The notes beneath the pieces are model-generated. The model did not search any database. It was not told the DNA's origin and saw only the letters and a program-made list of their open reading frames with translations. From assembly GCA_965215015.1 (NCBI GenBank), contig OZ244042.1, forward strand, positions 1,408,001 through 1,472,000: a stretch of DNA of 64,000 nucleotides, in the 5' to 3' direction. Shown here in pieces: positions 27,722-38,331 of the stretch. The stretch is from Candidatus Poribacteria bacterium (GTDB lineage Bacteria > Poribacteria > WGA-4E > PCPOR2b). Both the position numbers and the translations under genes were made by a program. Within the stretch, counting starts at the first letter, position 1, and every line of letters starts with the position of its first letter.

Positions 27722-28717
27722 CTATAGGGGCACAACTGTATCGGTCTGGAACGATTGAATCGCTGCCTCAATGATTTCCTGCGCCGCAAGCCCCGCGGCA
27801 CCAGAAGCATCAATTTCATCGGGTGAAACCCCATCCACAAGCTGTTGAATCCACGCGCCAATTCGTGTTGAGAAGGTATCCGTGAAAGAATCCATGTGTC
27901 CCTCCGCTCCCGGCGGTGGGTTGAAATACTCCTCGACTTCGCCACCCCGTCGAGGGTAGAAAGTCAGTTTCTCAAATACTCCATCAAGGACAAACTGTCC
28001 ATTCGTTCCCGCAACCTCACACCGCTCATTCAAACGTCCCGCATCATAACTACCACTAAGGTGTCCAACTACACCGCTCTTAAACTTAAGGTTAATCGAA
28101 GCATTGCTCCAATTCTGCCGCCCCGGCGCACATACTGCAAACGCATGTACCTTCTCCACCTCACCGCAGAAGTACATCATCACATCGAGCGAGTGCGGGT
28201 GTAAGGCTCTGAGATGGAAGAATGGCGAGGTTTCATTCGGATTTTCGATCCATAGTGCCATGTTGATGAAAAGCAGGTCTCCCAGCTTGCCGCTCATTAC
28301 CCACTCCTTCGCTTGCACCGCTAAAGGCGTAAAGCGGTGGTTGAGATTCGTACCCAAACACACATTCTTCTCCTTCGCTTTGTTAATCATCTCCCGTGCA
28401 CGAGCAACATCATTAGACAGCGGCTTTTCGCACAGCACATGAAGCCCCGCCTCAAGTGCCTGCATCGTTGGTTCAAAATGAGCCCCACCGTTTTCAACGC
28501 CACCGGTCGCAACGCTGACAGCGTCAAGCACCTCACCCTCCAAGAGTGATGGAACGCTGTAATATGCCTTGACCCCAAGCCGTTGTGCCGATTCGTCCGT
28601 CCGCTCTTTGACCATATCGCATACCGCAACCAACGATGTTGCCGTGTGTTCATGATAGACGTTAGCATGTGTATTCCCAATCCCCCGCATCCCGATAACC
28701 GCCACGCGTAATGCCAT
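27722..28717 (-). CDS. Gfo/Idh/MocA family oxidoreductase
   Basis: VAVIGMRGIG, HVLCEKPL and HSLD; RBS GAGGAGG before ATG 28717. Confidence 0.9.
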   Translation of the reverse strand: MALRVAVIGMRGIGNTHANVYHEHTATSLVAVCDMVKERTDESAQRLGVKAYYSVPSLLEGEVLDAVSVATGGVENGGAHFEPTMQALEAGLHVLCEKPLSNDVARAREMINKAKEKNVCLGTNLNHRFTPLAVQAKEWVMSGKLGDLLFINMALWIENPNETSPFFHLRALHPHSLDVMMYFCGEVEKVHAFAVCAPGRQNWSNASINLKFKSGVVGHLSGSYDAGRLNERCEVAGTNGQFVLDGVFEKLTFYPRRGGEVEEYFNPPPGAEGHMDSFTDTFSTRIGAWIQQLVDGVSPDEIDASGAAGLAAQEIIEAAIQSFQTDTVVPL

Positions 28718-28857
28718 ACAAACCCTCCTCTCGCCGTTTGCCAGATTCTGTATGAAGTGCGTCATTCCGATATGAATAATATCGCAGCAAGTTTATCATC
28801 TTTTGCCCTTGCTGTGCAAGGGCTTAGTTACAAATTTCTCATTAGATTTGAATCGCT

Positions 28858-28886
28858 TTGACACGAGCCGCAAATCGTGCTATAAT
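28858..28886 (+). promoter_or_regulatory. Perfect consensus sigma70 promoter
   Basis: TTGACA-17bp-TATAAT with extended -10 TG. Confidence 0.85.
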
Positions 28887-28951
28887 CCGTGCTCGCAACC
28901 CGTGGATTTTCAAGGCGGGTTCAGCATTTTGAAATTGCAGGAGCTAATAAT

Positions 28952-30124
28952 ATGCCACTTGGAAGAAAAATACGTTACGGAATGGTCGGCGGCGGTCCAG
29001 ACGCATTCATAGGAGCGGTTCACCGAAAAGCTGCAGCACTCGATGGGGAAATTGATCTCGTTGCCGGAACCTTCTCCGCATCACCTGAAAAATCGCAGCA
29101 ACAGGGGGCAGAATTGCTACTTGATCCTAACCGCGTATACAATTCATATCAGGAGATGGTAGAAAAAGAGAATGCCTTGCCAGAAGGGAAACGTATCGAC
29201 TTTGTGTCTATTGTGACACCAAACCACATCCATTTTGAGGTCGCTAAAACGTTCATCGAAGCAGGATTTCACGTAGTTTGCGATAAGCCGATGACAACAA
29301 CGGTGGAAGATGCAGAAGCACTCTGCGGGCTAGTGAAGCAGCACGATGCAATCTTTGCACTGACGCATAACTACACAGGTTATCCGATGGTCAAGCAAGC
29401 TCGTGAGCTGGTATCGCAGGGGCTGCTCGGATCGGTTCGGAAAATTGTTGTAGAATATCCGCAGGGGTGGTTGGCAACGTTCTTGGAAGGAGAAGGGGCA
29501 AAGCAGGCAGTTTGGCGGACAGACCCAAACCAAGCAGGGGTTTCATCTTGTATCGGGGATATCGGGTCACACGCAGAGAATCTCGCTCACTACATTACCG
29601 GCTTAGAGTTAGAGGAAATCTGTGCGGATCTGACCACCTTCGTTGAGGGAAGACAACTCGAAGATGATGGGAATATTCTAGTCCACTATAAAGGTGGTGC
29701 CCGGGGGATACTGTACGCCTCCCAGATTTCTGTCGGTGAAGAGAATAATCTTGGTATCCGCGTCTATGGCACGGATGCTTCGCTCGAATGGCATCAGGAG
29801 AATCCGAACTATCTCTATGTCCGTTTTCCAGATGGGCCTGAACATGTGTATAAGCGCGGCAACGACTACCTTGCCCCAATCGCAGTGCACAATTCACGAC
29901 TGCCCTTTGGACATCCAGAAGCGTTTATAGAAGCATTTGCGAACGTTTATGTCAACGCTGCACGCACACTTGCTGCAAAACTTTCCGGCAGAACACCAGA
30001 CAAATTTGATACGGATTTTCCAACTGTGCAGGATGGGGCACGAGGTGTTCACTTCATCCACAAGGCAGTGGAAAGCGGAAATAAACGGGGATGGGTAGAC
30101 GCCAGCTATACACCACCGGCGTAA
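28952..30124 (+). CDS. Gfo/Idh/MocA family oxidoreductase
   Basis: GMVGGG..AFIGAVHR, CDKPM, DIGSH and GHPEAFIEAFAN; RBS AGGAG. Confidence 0.9.
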   Translation: MPLGRKIRYGMVGGGPDAFIGAVHRKAAALDGEIDLVAGTFSASPEKSQQQGAELLLDPNRVYNSYQEMVEKENALPEGKRIDFVSIVTPNHIHFEVAKTFIEAGFHVVCDKPMTTTVEDAEALCGLVKQHDAIFALTHNYTGYPMVKQARELVSQGLLGSVRKIVVEYPQGWLATFLEGEGAKQAVWRTDPNQAGVSSCIGDIGSHAENLAHYITGLELEEICADLTTFVEGRQLEDDGNILVHYKGGARGILYASQISVGEENNLGIRVYGTDASLEWHQENPNYLYVRFPDGPEHVYKRGNDYLAPIAVHNSRLPFGHPEAFIEAFANVYVNAARTLAAKLSGRTPDKFDTDFPTVQDGARGVHFIHKAVESGNKRGWVDASYTPPA

Positions 30125-30150
30125 CATGAAACGAAAAACTTCTTACTTTT

Positions 30151-30190
30151 TGGAGTTGGCAGATGGAGGGTTCCCTTGCCAGCCAACTCC
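30151..30190. terminator. Intergenic hairpin flanked by T-runs (possible terminator/attenuator or mRNA stabiliser)
   Basis: GGAGTTGGC..GCCAACTCC, then CACTTTTT. Confidence 0.45.
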
Positions 30191-30233
30191 CACTTTTTAG
30201 ACCTAATAGTTTAGACCTAATAGGAGGAATAAG

Positions 30234-31232
30234 ATGGCGAGATCGGTAACACTATTTACGGGGCAGTGGGCAGATTTATCACTTGAAGACCTAGCGCAAA
30301 AAGCCAGTGATTGGGGATATGACGGATTAGAACTGGCATGTTGGGGAGATCACTTTGAAGTTGATAAAGCCCTTGAAGACGATAGCTATTGCCAAGGACG
30401 GCACGACCTCTTAGCGAAATATGATTTGAAGGTCTGGTCAATTAGTAATCACCTTGTCGGACAGGCAGTTTGCGACAATATTGACAGCCGTCACGAAGCC
30501 ATCTTGGCGCCTGCTATATGGGGCGATGGCGACCCCGAAGGGGTTCGGGGGCGTGCCGCCGAAGAGATGAAAAAGACCGCTCGCGCTGCAGCAAAACTCG
30601 GCGTGGGTGTCGTCAATGGATTTACGGGCAGCAGCATTTGGCACCTACTCTATTCTTTTCCGCCCAACGATCCAGCGCAAATTGATGCGGGCTTTGAGGA
30701 CTTTGCCAACCGTTGGAATCCGATTTTTGACGCATTTGATGAGGCCGGGATTAAGTTTGGGCTTGAAGTCCATCCGACCGAAATTGCTTTCGACATCGTG
30801 AGTTCAGAACGCGCCATCGAAGCGGTCAATGGGCGTGAAACGTTTGGATTCAACTACGATCCGAGTCATCTTGGCTATCAAGGTGTTGATTATGTCGCGT
30901 TTATTGAGCGGTTCAGTGACCGCATCTACCATGCCCACATGAAGGATGTGTGGTGGTCGTCAACGCCGCGCCTCTCTGGTGTCTTTGGTGGACACCTGAA
31001 TTTTGGCGATGCCCGGCGATATTGGGATTTCCGGTCAATCGGTCGCGGCAATATTGATTTTGAAGAAATCATCCGCGCGCTCAATAACATTGGATATGAT
31101 GGCCCCCTCTCCATCGAATGGGAGGACAGCGGTATGGATCGGGAGCACGGCGCACGCGAAGCCTGTGCCAAAGTCAAAGGCTACGATTTTGAACCTTCCG
31201 CTCGTGCGTTTGATTCGGCGTTTGAAGAGTAG
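30234..31232 (+). CDS. Sugar phosphate isomerase/epimerase (AP_endonuc_2 TIM barrel)
   Basis: [27 protein letters not shown] and SIEWED metal-binding motifs. Confidence 0.88.
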   Translation: MARSVTLFTGQWADLSLEDLAQKASDWGYDGLELACWGDHFEVDKALEDDSYCQGRHDLLAKYDLKVWSISNHLVGQAVCDNIDSRHEAILAPAIWGDGDPEGVRGRAAEEMKKTARAAAKLGVGVVNGFTGSSIWHLLYSFPPNDPAQIDAGFEDFANRWNPIFDAFDEAGIKFGLEVHPTEIAFDIVSSERAIEAVNGRETFGFNYDPSHLGYQGVDYVAFIERFSDRIYHAHMKDVWWSSTPRLSGVFGGHLNFGDARRYWDFRSIGRGNIDFEEIIRALNNIGYDGPLSIEWEDSGMDREHGAREACAKVKGYDFEPSARAFDSAFEE

Positions 31233-31246
31233 CGGTGCCCTGTAAC

Positions 31247-31384
31247 TAGAGCGGGTTGACATTTGATAACACGTAGGTCGGGCAAGATGCCCGACCCTCC
31301 GGCTCGGCCCAATACCAGCAGATAGCCTGTCGGTCGAGATCTATATGATCTATATCTCGACACCTAAATCTCAACAAAACCCAG
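31247..31384. mobile_element. MITE-like element, family A, degenerate copy 3
   Basis: TAGAGCGGGTTGACATTTG ... AAATCTCAACAAAACCCAG, with the internal GTCGGTCGAGAT..ATCTCGAC module. Confidence 0.5.
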
Positions 31385-31443
31385 TTCTCGAAAATAAACT
31401 TTCCCAATCCCTTATATCAATCATGGCCGACAGGCAGAAAACA

Positions 31444-32286
31444 ATGACAAGTCAAAAACAGAAAAATCTCCCACTTGAACAGCGCAGCAGGCGCAGGGAT
31501 CGGGACACAGGCGCGTTTCAGGAGATTCATCAAACCGTCTACTGGGATCCACGACAAACAGGGCTCATTATCTGTGACATGTGGAATGACCATACGTGCA
31601 AAGCCGCTGCCCGACGCGTTGCGGAGATGGTACCAACCATGAATCAGATGGTGTCAGCAGCGCGGGAGACGGGCGTGTTCATCATTCATGCACCGAGTGG
31701 CAGGATGTCATTTTATGACCAAACACCACAACGCCAGCGCGCCATCGAAGCAACGTTTGCGGAATCTCCAGTGGAAATCAAGTGGAACTATTGGGATCCT
31801 GAACGTGAGGGGGAACCGCTGTCTTTCATGCGGAGTGGTGGGTGTGGCTGTAGCGAGCCATGCGCTGGTTGGGTTACCGACGATAAGGGAATTCGACAAT
31901 GGAAAGGCGGAGAGGTGCCTTGGACCCGGCAAATCGAAACCCTCGAAATTGCTTCAGAAGATGCAATCAGCGACGACGGTCAAGAAATTTATAACCTGAT
32001 GCAGGAACGTGGCATCAACAATGTCATCCTGATGGGCGTTCACACCAATATCTGTGTTTCCGGACGACCTTTTGGGCTAAGGCAAATGGTCTACCACGGA
32101 AAAAACGTCGTGCTATGCCGTGACCTAACAGATTCGCTGTTTCAACCCATGTCTCCTGAGTTCAGCCACTTTCGCGGAACTGACTTGATAGTCGAGCACA
32201 TTGAAAAACGCCTGTGCCCGACGATTACCTCCATAGGGTTCACAACAGAGGCCGCGTTTCGCTTCAGGGAGGATACCACCACTTAG
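31444..32286 (+). CDS. Isochorismatase-family cysteine hydrolase (start uncertain)
   Basis: ICDMW, IIHAPS, GVHTNICV and RDLTD. The ORF-track start at 31345 falls within a MITE relic. Confidence 0.78.
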   Translation: MTSQKQKNLPLEQRSRRRDRDTGAFQEIHQTVYWDPRQTGLIICDMWNDHTCKAAARRVAEMVPTMNQMVSAARETGVFIIHAPSGRMSFYDQTPQRQRAIEATFAESPVEIKWNYWDPEREGEPLSFMRSGGCGCSEPCAGWVTDDKGIRQWKGGEVPWTRQIETLEIASEDAISDDGQEIYNLMQERGINNVILMGVHTNICVSGRPFGLRQMVYHGKNVVLCRDLTDSLFQPMSPEFSHFRGTDLIVEHIEKRLCPTITSIGFTTEAAFRFREDTTT

Positions 32287-32311
32287 GAGCAAAAGGTTAA
32301 TCGCTTATATT

Positions 32312-32713
32312 TTATTCTGTTTCGGGCGGTTCCGGTTCCGGCAAACGATGAACCTCGTTTTCTCCCACATTGGTCCCCAACATGATCAGTTCACACGGTT
32401 CCGTCCCGAAGTTTCTAAAGATGTGATACGCGCCAGTCGGCTTAAAAACGGAATCACCTTGTTCAATATGATACCACTCTCCTTCAATATGGATGTGGCA
32501 TGAACCGCTTAACACGTAGAACCACTCTTCCTCTTTTGTATGGGTGTGGTATTTGGTATTTGTTCCGCCGGGCGGAATCCGCGTCAGTCGCACTTCAAAC
32601 TGTTCCGTGGCATGTTCTTGCCATAGTGGCTTGAATTCGCCATACTGTTGCTCTTCGCCGGGAAAGAACTTGGGCTGCCACGGCATCTCTTTGGTTTTTA
32701 CGATGTATTTCAT
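32312..32713 (-). CDS. Cupin domain protein
   Basis: YHTH..EEWFYVLSG and GD..P.GAYH.F.N; RBS GAGGAG before ATG 32713. Confidence 0.88.
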   Translation of the reverse strand: MKYIVKTKEMPWQPKFFPGEEQQYGEFKPLWQEHATEQFEVRLTRIPPGGTNTKYHTHTKEEEWFYVLSGSCHIHIEGEWYHIEQGDSVFKPTGAYHIFRNFGTEPCELIMLGTNVGENEVHRLPEPEPPETE

Positions 32714-32792
32714 CGATTGGCTCCTCACAGAGTTATTGATTGTTAGATTATACAGACAGCGTCGGGTGCCTTTTTAATCCCCAACGAACCTT

Positions 32793-33989
32793 TCACATCC
32801 ATTCAGAGAGGTCAACACGCTCGCCGGTTTCCGCCGCAATATAAGCCCCGTAGCACACAGCGAGGATGTCCCGCCCCAGCTCCACCGTGCTTTTGGGCTG
32901 TCGCCCGTAAGCAATCGCCTCGCAGAAGTCAGTGAGTTCATGCGGGAAACCGTTCATCCAATCTTCGTCAGGATTAGTCAGTTGCCAACCGGCGCGGGTC
33001 TCCACCTTTTCCCGAATATAGGTATCACCCAAAACGTGATCGCGAGGCGTATAGGTCAACATCCCCGTGTTCGGGTTGATATTGCACTGCACCACAGCTT
33101 TGCTTGAATAAACTGCCATAACGTTCTGAATGCCGCCAAGTACAATATCTGATGCAGTAATCTGCGCGATGGTGTCGTCGTTAAACGTAATGATCATCGA
33201 TCCCCAATCCTCGCAATCCTTCCAACCTTCCTTAATCCACTTCTCATCTTCATTGACAAAGCTTTCAATATGCGTCAGGTTTGCTACCTCTGCAACAATG
33301 CTCTTGGGTTTGATGGGTTTCCCGTACTTCCGTTGACCCTCGTTGTATTTCAGGTAGAGCGTCGCGCCAACTGGATGGCAGCCCTTGTTGAAGAGCGCGC
33401 CTCCCCCGGAGTATCGCCATTCTTTCGCGTAATCAGAATGTGATCCGCTGTGCGACTCCTCAGCAATGATACGGAGAATAGTATTGTCGCTTTGTGCGAG
33501 GATGTCGTTTGCTTTCTGCACGCTTGGTGCGTGCACCCAGTTCTCCCCATAGCAGAACGTCACGCCATTGCGTTTAACAACATCCACCATTTCATCGGCT
33601 GCCTTTAACGCGGCTTCAAACATTTTGCACCGGGAGGTCTCGCGCCCTACAAGCGTTTCTCCACCGTCACCAAAATAGCCTGTCAGCGGTTTTTCACAGA
33701 TAATGTGTTTGCCGGCTTCGGCTGCCTGAACGGTTAGCGGATAGTGCAGGTAGTTGGGAACGCAGAGATCAACGACAGTTATTTCTTCGTCCGCAAACAG
33801 GGCTTCCGCTGTGGGATAAACTGTCTCCAGATTGTGTTCTTCAGCAAAGGCGGTCGCACTTTCTTGGCTCCTCGCAGTGACCCCTTTGATCTGGAGGTCG
33901 AGGCCGGGGACAAGGCGGTAGTTGTGGACGTGGAATGTTGCAGAAAAACCAGCACCGATCATGCCGATGACAATAGGATTGGTATTCAT
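32793..33989 (-). CDS. Gfo/Idh/MocA family oxidoreductase
   Basis: GMIGAGF, HIICEKPL and GGGAL..GCHP. Confidence 0.9.
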   Translation of the reverse strand: MNTNPIVIGMIGAGFSATFHVHNYRLVPGLDLQIKGVTARSQESATAFAEEHNLETVYPTAEALFADEEITVVDLCVPNYLHYPLTVQAAEAGKHIICEKPLTGYFGDGGETLVGRETSRCKMFEAALKAADEMVDVVKRNGVTFCYGENWVHAPSVQKANDILAQSDNTILRIIAEESHSGSHSDYAKEWRYSGGGALFNKGCHPVGATLYLKYNEGQRKYGKPIKPKSIVAEVANLTHIESFVNEDEKWIKEGWKDCEDWGSMIITFNDDTIAQITASDIVLGGIQNVMAVYSSKAVVQCNINPNTGMLTYTPRDHVLGDTYIREKVETRAGWQLTNPDEDWMNGFPHELTDFCEAIAYGRQPKSTVELGRDILAVCYGAYIAAETGERVDLSEWM

Positions 33990-34139
33990 AGCCTCTTTTT
34001 CTCCTCACTTGAGTCGTACAATGTCAGATAAAATCCGAGCATCTTGGGTACTTATTATAATTTCATTCGTTGTTAATTGGCAAATCCGCAGTGGATATGG
34101 GTTTTCAAATCGAGCCGGGCTGTGCTACTTAACAATTAC

Positions 34140-34305
34140 CATCCGTCTTACAGTGGGGATAATCACCTGTGAAGACTTCATCTTGGAAACCGGTCTCGTC
34201 AAGGTAAAGTTTTGCCAGATGTTTCTGCTGTTGCGAGTTGCTGACGATAGGCTGCACGTTTTTGGGGCCCTCTCTCTTTATATTCGAGTGTTTTTTTCGG
34301 AATGA
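34140..34305 (-). pseudogene. IS630-family transposase relic
   Basis: Minus strand reads RKK / (A7 run) KKTLEYKERGPQKRAAYRQQL, then in a shifted frame YLDETGF. This matches the IS630 junction and first DDE Asp motif. Confidence 0.6.
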
Positions 34306-34314
34306 GCGTATTTG

Positions 34315-35657
34315 CTCATTTACCCCCATTTTTTTCAGGTATAGATTTGAGGTGTTTTTAGTAGCTAGGATAGTGAGAATAATTGTCATTAAGCGTGTAG
34401 GAGGGTATCTCCCCGGCACAGTGGCAGTGTGAACCAGGGATTGAGACACCCCCCACCCCACGCCTCAGCCACCACGCGCTTTATCACCGTAATCAGTGAG
34501 TAGATTTTTGTCTGTGTGTTGAATGCTTTTGCCTATCGGTCTCCTGACTTTTGATAGGTGATAAACAGTAAGCCATAACTGACACAGGCGAAGAGCCATA
34601 ACAGGTTGATGCGCGGTTTTGACGGTTTTTTGAGTATCAAGCTGCCAAAACCGGTCTTGATGTCCCGAAAACCATGTTCAATCTGCATTCTTCGCTTATA
34701 ATCGTGGTATATTTGAGGCCCCGTCAGATGGCTTGAAATCAGATACATCGGTTCAGCAAATCGGTTCAGCAAACCGCGCATCTCTCACAATATACAGGTT
34801 GAGTCGAATCTGATCGGTTAAGTGATAGAGAATCTGTGGATAGAACCCCGTTGCCTGCAACTGTTCTCCCTTTTTAACAGTTTCCCAGACGGTCAGGCGC
34901 GCGGTACGACACACGCGGAGGACAAACGGAATCTGTTATGCTTTGAGAAACTTTATCACATATTTAGCACGAGCGAAACCTCTATCGAATATCAACGTCG
35001 GTTCACGCGAATCCGGTAAAATCGCTGGTGTCTTTTGATACAGTGTGAGACAAAAGGTTGAATAATCTCATTATGACTGGTATAGGTCAACTGTTGAATC
35101 TCAGTATCGGTGTAGAGGTGCCAGTAGATAGGAAGCACCCGGCGCAGGAACGGCACCGCGGCAACAATCGCTTTGAAATTGCCAAATACCTGTGTTTCAT
35201 CCACTAAAATTAACCGGCGTGCTGTGTGAGGTTTACAGACCCGGCGGAGCACAAAGACCAGCCAGCTCCCCATCACCGCGTCAATAGGAAAGGGACGAGC
35301 TAAGAATCGAAGCAGACGTTTCTGTTTCGCCTTTTGATGCTTGACCGCTACCGGCAAGCGTGCGGCAATTTCGTTTATCCGAAACGTCTTGGCCAACACA
35401 ATGGCTAAGGTCGTGAGTATCCGGTTTTTTAACGCCGGTTTTTTCAATACGGGGTTGAAAATTTCGGTGAGAGGGGTTATCATAGAACTGGGATTCACCG
35501 GCTTATGGCGGTGTGTTCCTTTCATAATACCTCCTTGTTTAAGACAAGAGATAGTTTATACAGGGAGGTATTTTACCATATATGACAACCCTTCCTCACA
35601 TCTATACCTCAAAAAACAAACTCCATTACACATCTTTAAAAAATGGGGGTAAGTGAG
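34315..35657 (-). mobile_element. Decayed IS4-family insertion sequence (1343 bp) with frameshifted transposase
   Basis: TIRs CTCATTTACCCCCATTTTTT / AAAAAATGGGGGTAAGTGAG; 9-bp TSD GCGTATTTG at 34306-34314 and 35658-35666; fragments 34992-35525 (ILVDET) and 34533-34781 (YKRRMQIEHGFRDIK, the YREK motif). Confidence 0.88.
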
Positions 35658-35669
35658 GCGTATTTGGGC

Positions 35670-35699
35670 TTGAGAGATCTCCATAAAATATGCTATAAT
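35670..35699 (+). promoter_or_regulatory. Sigma70-type promoter for the RM gene
   Basis: TTGAGA-18bp-TATAAT with extended -10 TG. Confidence 0.6.
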
Positions 35700-35746
35700 A
35701 TCCAGTATTTATAAGGGTTTGAGGTCTACTAATCCTTGGGGGAAAG

Positions 35747-38317
35747 TTGATGAAAATTAGTTCTTTTTACCGTATTAAACCTGAAGATTGGGTTTTCACA
35801 ACCAATGCAGATGTTGCCGCCGCTCAGAAAAGGGCGATGGAAAATCCCGAATTGGATGAGAGAAATATTGAAGAGTACGTCCGTCAATGGGTTCTTCAAG
35901 AACTGATTAAAACTTATGGTTACCCTGAAGAATGGCTAGGGGAACGAATCGTTGTTGAAGAAACTGTCCAAATGGGAACGATGAAAAAAGAAGCGGACAT
36001 ATCTATCAAGAATGAACGAGGAAAAACTTTTTTATTCGTTGAGACTAAAAGTCTAGGTGTTTCCGATACTGAATTTTTAAGTGCAGAAAGACAACTTGAG
36101 GGGTATCTTTCCTCAACGCATACGGCAACAATTGGTATGGTTACTGACGGAAGCCCTGCCAGAACTAAAGTGAAACTTAAAAAGGTAGATCCTAACGATT
36201 TTGATTACGTTCCAGACATCCCTTCTTATGAAGTTGGTGAACTTAGCCAGAAGGTAAAACTCCTTAGAGAACTGCCTACCGACTTTACCAAGGGTAAGCA
36301 AACAGGATTAAAACCAATTGGACAAGAATACACAGATGTTCTTTTTCGTTGTCATAAGGTAATTCGCTCAATTGATAACTTGCACGATGATGAGAGTCTT
36401 GACGAATTATGCAAGGTTATTTATACCAAAATCTACGACGAACGTCAGGTTATATCAAAAGCCGTTGGAGCGGCTTTTGCCTTTCAAACTTATGGTGGGA
36501 ACACGGAGGAAATGGCTTCTACTATTCGTGACCTTTATGAGGAGGCGCGAAACACGGATTTGGAAAAATATAGCCAACGGATTCCTGGTTATGAAAGTTC
36601 ACGAGGCGTTTTCAAAGATCAAATTAAGCTTAGCAGTGCTGCTCTGCTAGGTGTTGTTGAACTACTACAGAATTATAGTTTTGTTGATAGTACAACTGAT
36701 GTAAAAGGTCAAGCGTTTCAACAGGTCATTGGTGCGGCTATACGCGCTGGTATGGGACAATATTTCACACCAGACCCAGTTGTGCGAATGGTCGTGGAAA
36801 TTATTAACCCAAAACCAGATGAAATGATACTTGACCCTTTCTGCGGCAGTGGTCACTTTTTAAGCTGCTCACTTGAGCATGTGGAGAAAAATTATAAAAA
36901 CACGATTGATGAATACACTTATAGGCAATTTGCTTTCTTCCACTTGCACGGAATTGAAAAAGATCCCAAGATGGTTCGTGTTGCGATGACCGATATGATG
37001 TTACACGACGATGGTCATAGCAATATTCGTTGTCTTGATGCTTTGTTAAGTTTTGATAATTATCCAGATATACAAGTCCTAGGTGGAGAGGATAATACAA
37101 GTCCAGAGATATTTCATATATGTTTGACTAATCCTCCATTTGGAGCACTTCTCACTGGGGAGGTTATGCAGATACTTGGTAGGTTTGTGCTCGGTAAAGG
37201 CCGAGATTCACTGCCTCTTGAGATACTTGGTTTAGAAAGGACTCTTCAGTTCTTGCGTCCTGGTGGAAGGATGGCTATCGTACTTCCACAAAGTATATTC
37301 ACGAATGCATGGATGCAATTCGTTAGAGACTTCATTCTGGATAACTGTCAAGTAGATGCGATTATATCATTACCTCCACAGACCTTTGCTCCGTTCAAAG
37401 GTGTAGGTAAAGCGTCAGTACTTTTTTTGACGAAAAAGCCTACCAAAAGTTCTTCCTTAGATTATCCCGTTTTTACAGCAATCGCCAAACATGTTGGTTA
37501 TGACAATACAGGCAGAGGTGACCATCGGAACGACCTTCCTACAATCGTTCAAGATTTCAAAAAGTATCAACAGGGTAATATTGACCTGTCAAAACGCTCA
37601 TCCGTCACAAATGGACGAAAACTTATTGAACGAGGTTTCGCTCCTGATTTTTTTCTCCAAGGCAGTGGGCGTGAAGGTTGGGAAACAAAATCCCTTAACG
37701 AGTTATGTGATGAAGTGATTTTTAGTGGTTCAACCCCAGGGCGTAGAGCTTATGCCGATTCTGAGGGACGCATCGTCACCGATTCTGCGGTTCGCATCCT
37801 TAAATGGCGGAATGTTACGAATCGCGGTGTTGAATGGGGGTTGAATGACCGTGCCTTTGCAACCGAGGATTTCTTTCAGAAACATATCGCAAAACGGGTT
37901 CAGATTGGAGATATTCTTGTTGGAACCGCAGCACACAACCCAAAATACATTGGTGAAAAGATAGATGTCGTAGATTATATTCCAGAAGAATATCAAAATG
38001 AGGTTATCTGCACCGCTGAAGTTATGGTTATACGAATAAATCCAAAAAAAATAGATCCGTACTACGTTCTCATGTATCTTAGAACAGAAGAAGGGTATGA
38101 AGCTTTGCAAGGTTGTATCCGGGGACAAACAGCCCATATCTATCCTAAAGATGTGAAACTAATACAGATACCTATACCTCCAGAGGATGAAATGAACGCG
38201 CTTAAAGCCATCCTTGACGTGATGAAAGAGAGTTTGAAGAAACGAAGAGAATTTGAAAAGACGTACCATGATGCAAATACAGCATTTCTGGAATATGTTT
38301 ATCCAGACCAGCATTGA
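35747..38317 (+). CDS. Single-chain restriction-modification protein: HsdR_N-like nuclease + N6 adenine MTase + one target-recognition domain (type IIG-like)
   Basis: EEYVRQ..YGYP..ADI..VETK nuclease motif; GQYFTP, DPFCGSG and NPPF MTase motifs; C-terminal SGSTP..GDIL..QTAHIYPKD..IPIPP TRD. Visibly AT-richer than its neighbours. Confidence 0.88.
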   Translation: MMKISSFYRIKPEDWVFTTNADVAAAQKRAMENPELDERNIEEYVRQWVLQELIKTYGYPEEWLGERIVVEETVQMGTMKKEADISIKNERGKTFLFVETKSLGVSDTEFLSAERQLEGYLSSTHTATIGMVTDGSPARTKVKLKKVDPNDFDYVPDIPSYEVGELSQKVKLLRELPTDFTKGKQTGLKPIGQEYTDVLFRCHKVIRSIDNLHDDESLDELCKVIYTKIYDERQVISKAVGAAFAFQTYGGNTEEMASTIRDLYEEARNTDLEKYSQRIPGYESSRGVFKDQIKLSSAALLGVVELLQNYSFVDSTTDVKGQAFQQVIGAAIRAGMGQYFTPDPVVRMVVEIINPKPDEMILDPFCGSGHFLSCSLEHVEKNYKNTIDEYTYRQFAFFHLHGIEKDPKMVRVAMTDMMLHDDGHSNIRCLDALLSFDNYPDIQVLGGEDNTSPEIFHICLTNPPFGALLTGEVMQILGRFVLGKGRDSLPLEILGLERTLQFLRPGGRMAIVLPQSIFTNAWMQFVRDFILDNCQVDAIISLPPQTFAPFKGVGKASVLFLTKKPTKSSSLDYPVFTAIAKHVGYDNTGRGDHRNDLPTIVQDFKKYQQGNIDLSKRSSVTNGRKLIERGFAPDFFLQGSGREGWETKSLNELCDEVIFSGSTPGRRAYADSEGRIVTDSAVRILKWRNVTNRGVEWGLNDRAFATEDFFQKHIAKRVQIGDILVGTAAHNPKYIGEKIDVVDYIPEEYQNEVICTAEVMVIRINPKKIDPYYVLMYLRTEEGYEALQGCIRGQTAHIYPKDVKLIQIPIPPEDEMNALKAILDVMKESLKKRREFEKTYHDANTAFLEYVYPDQH

Positions 38318-38331
38318 GAACAGTGCCGGTT

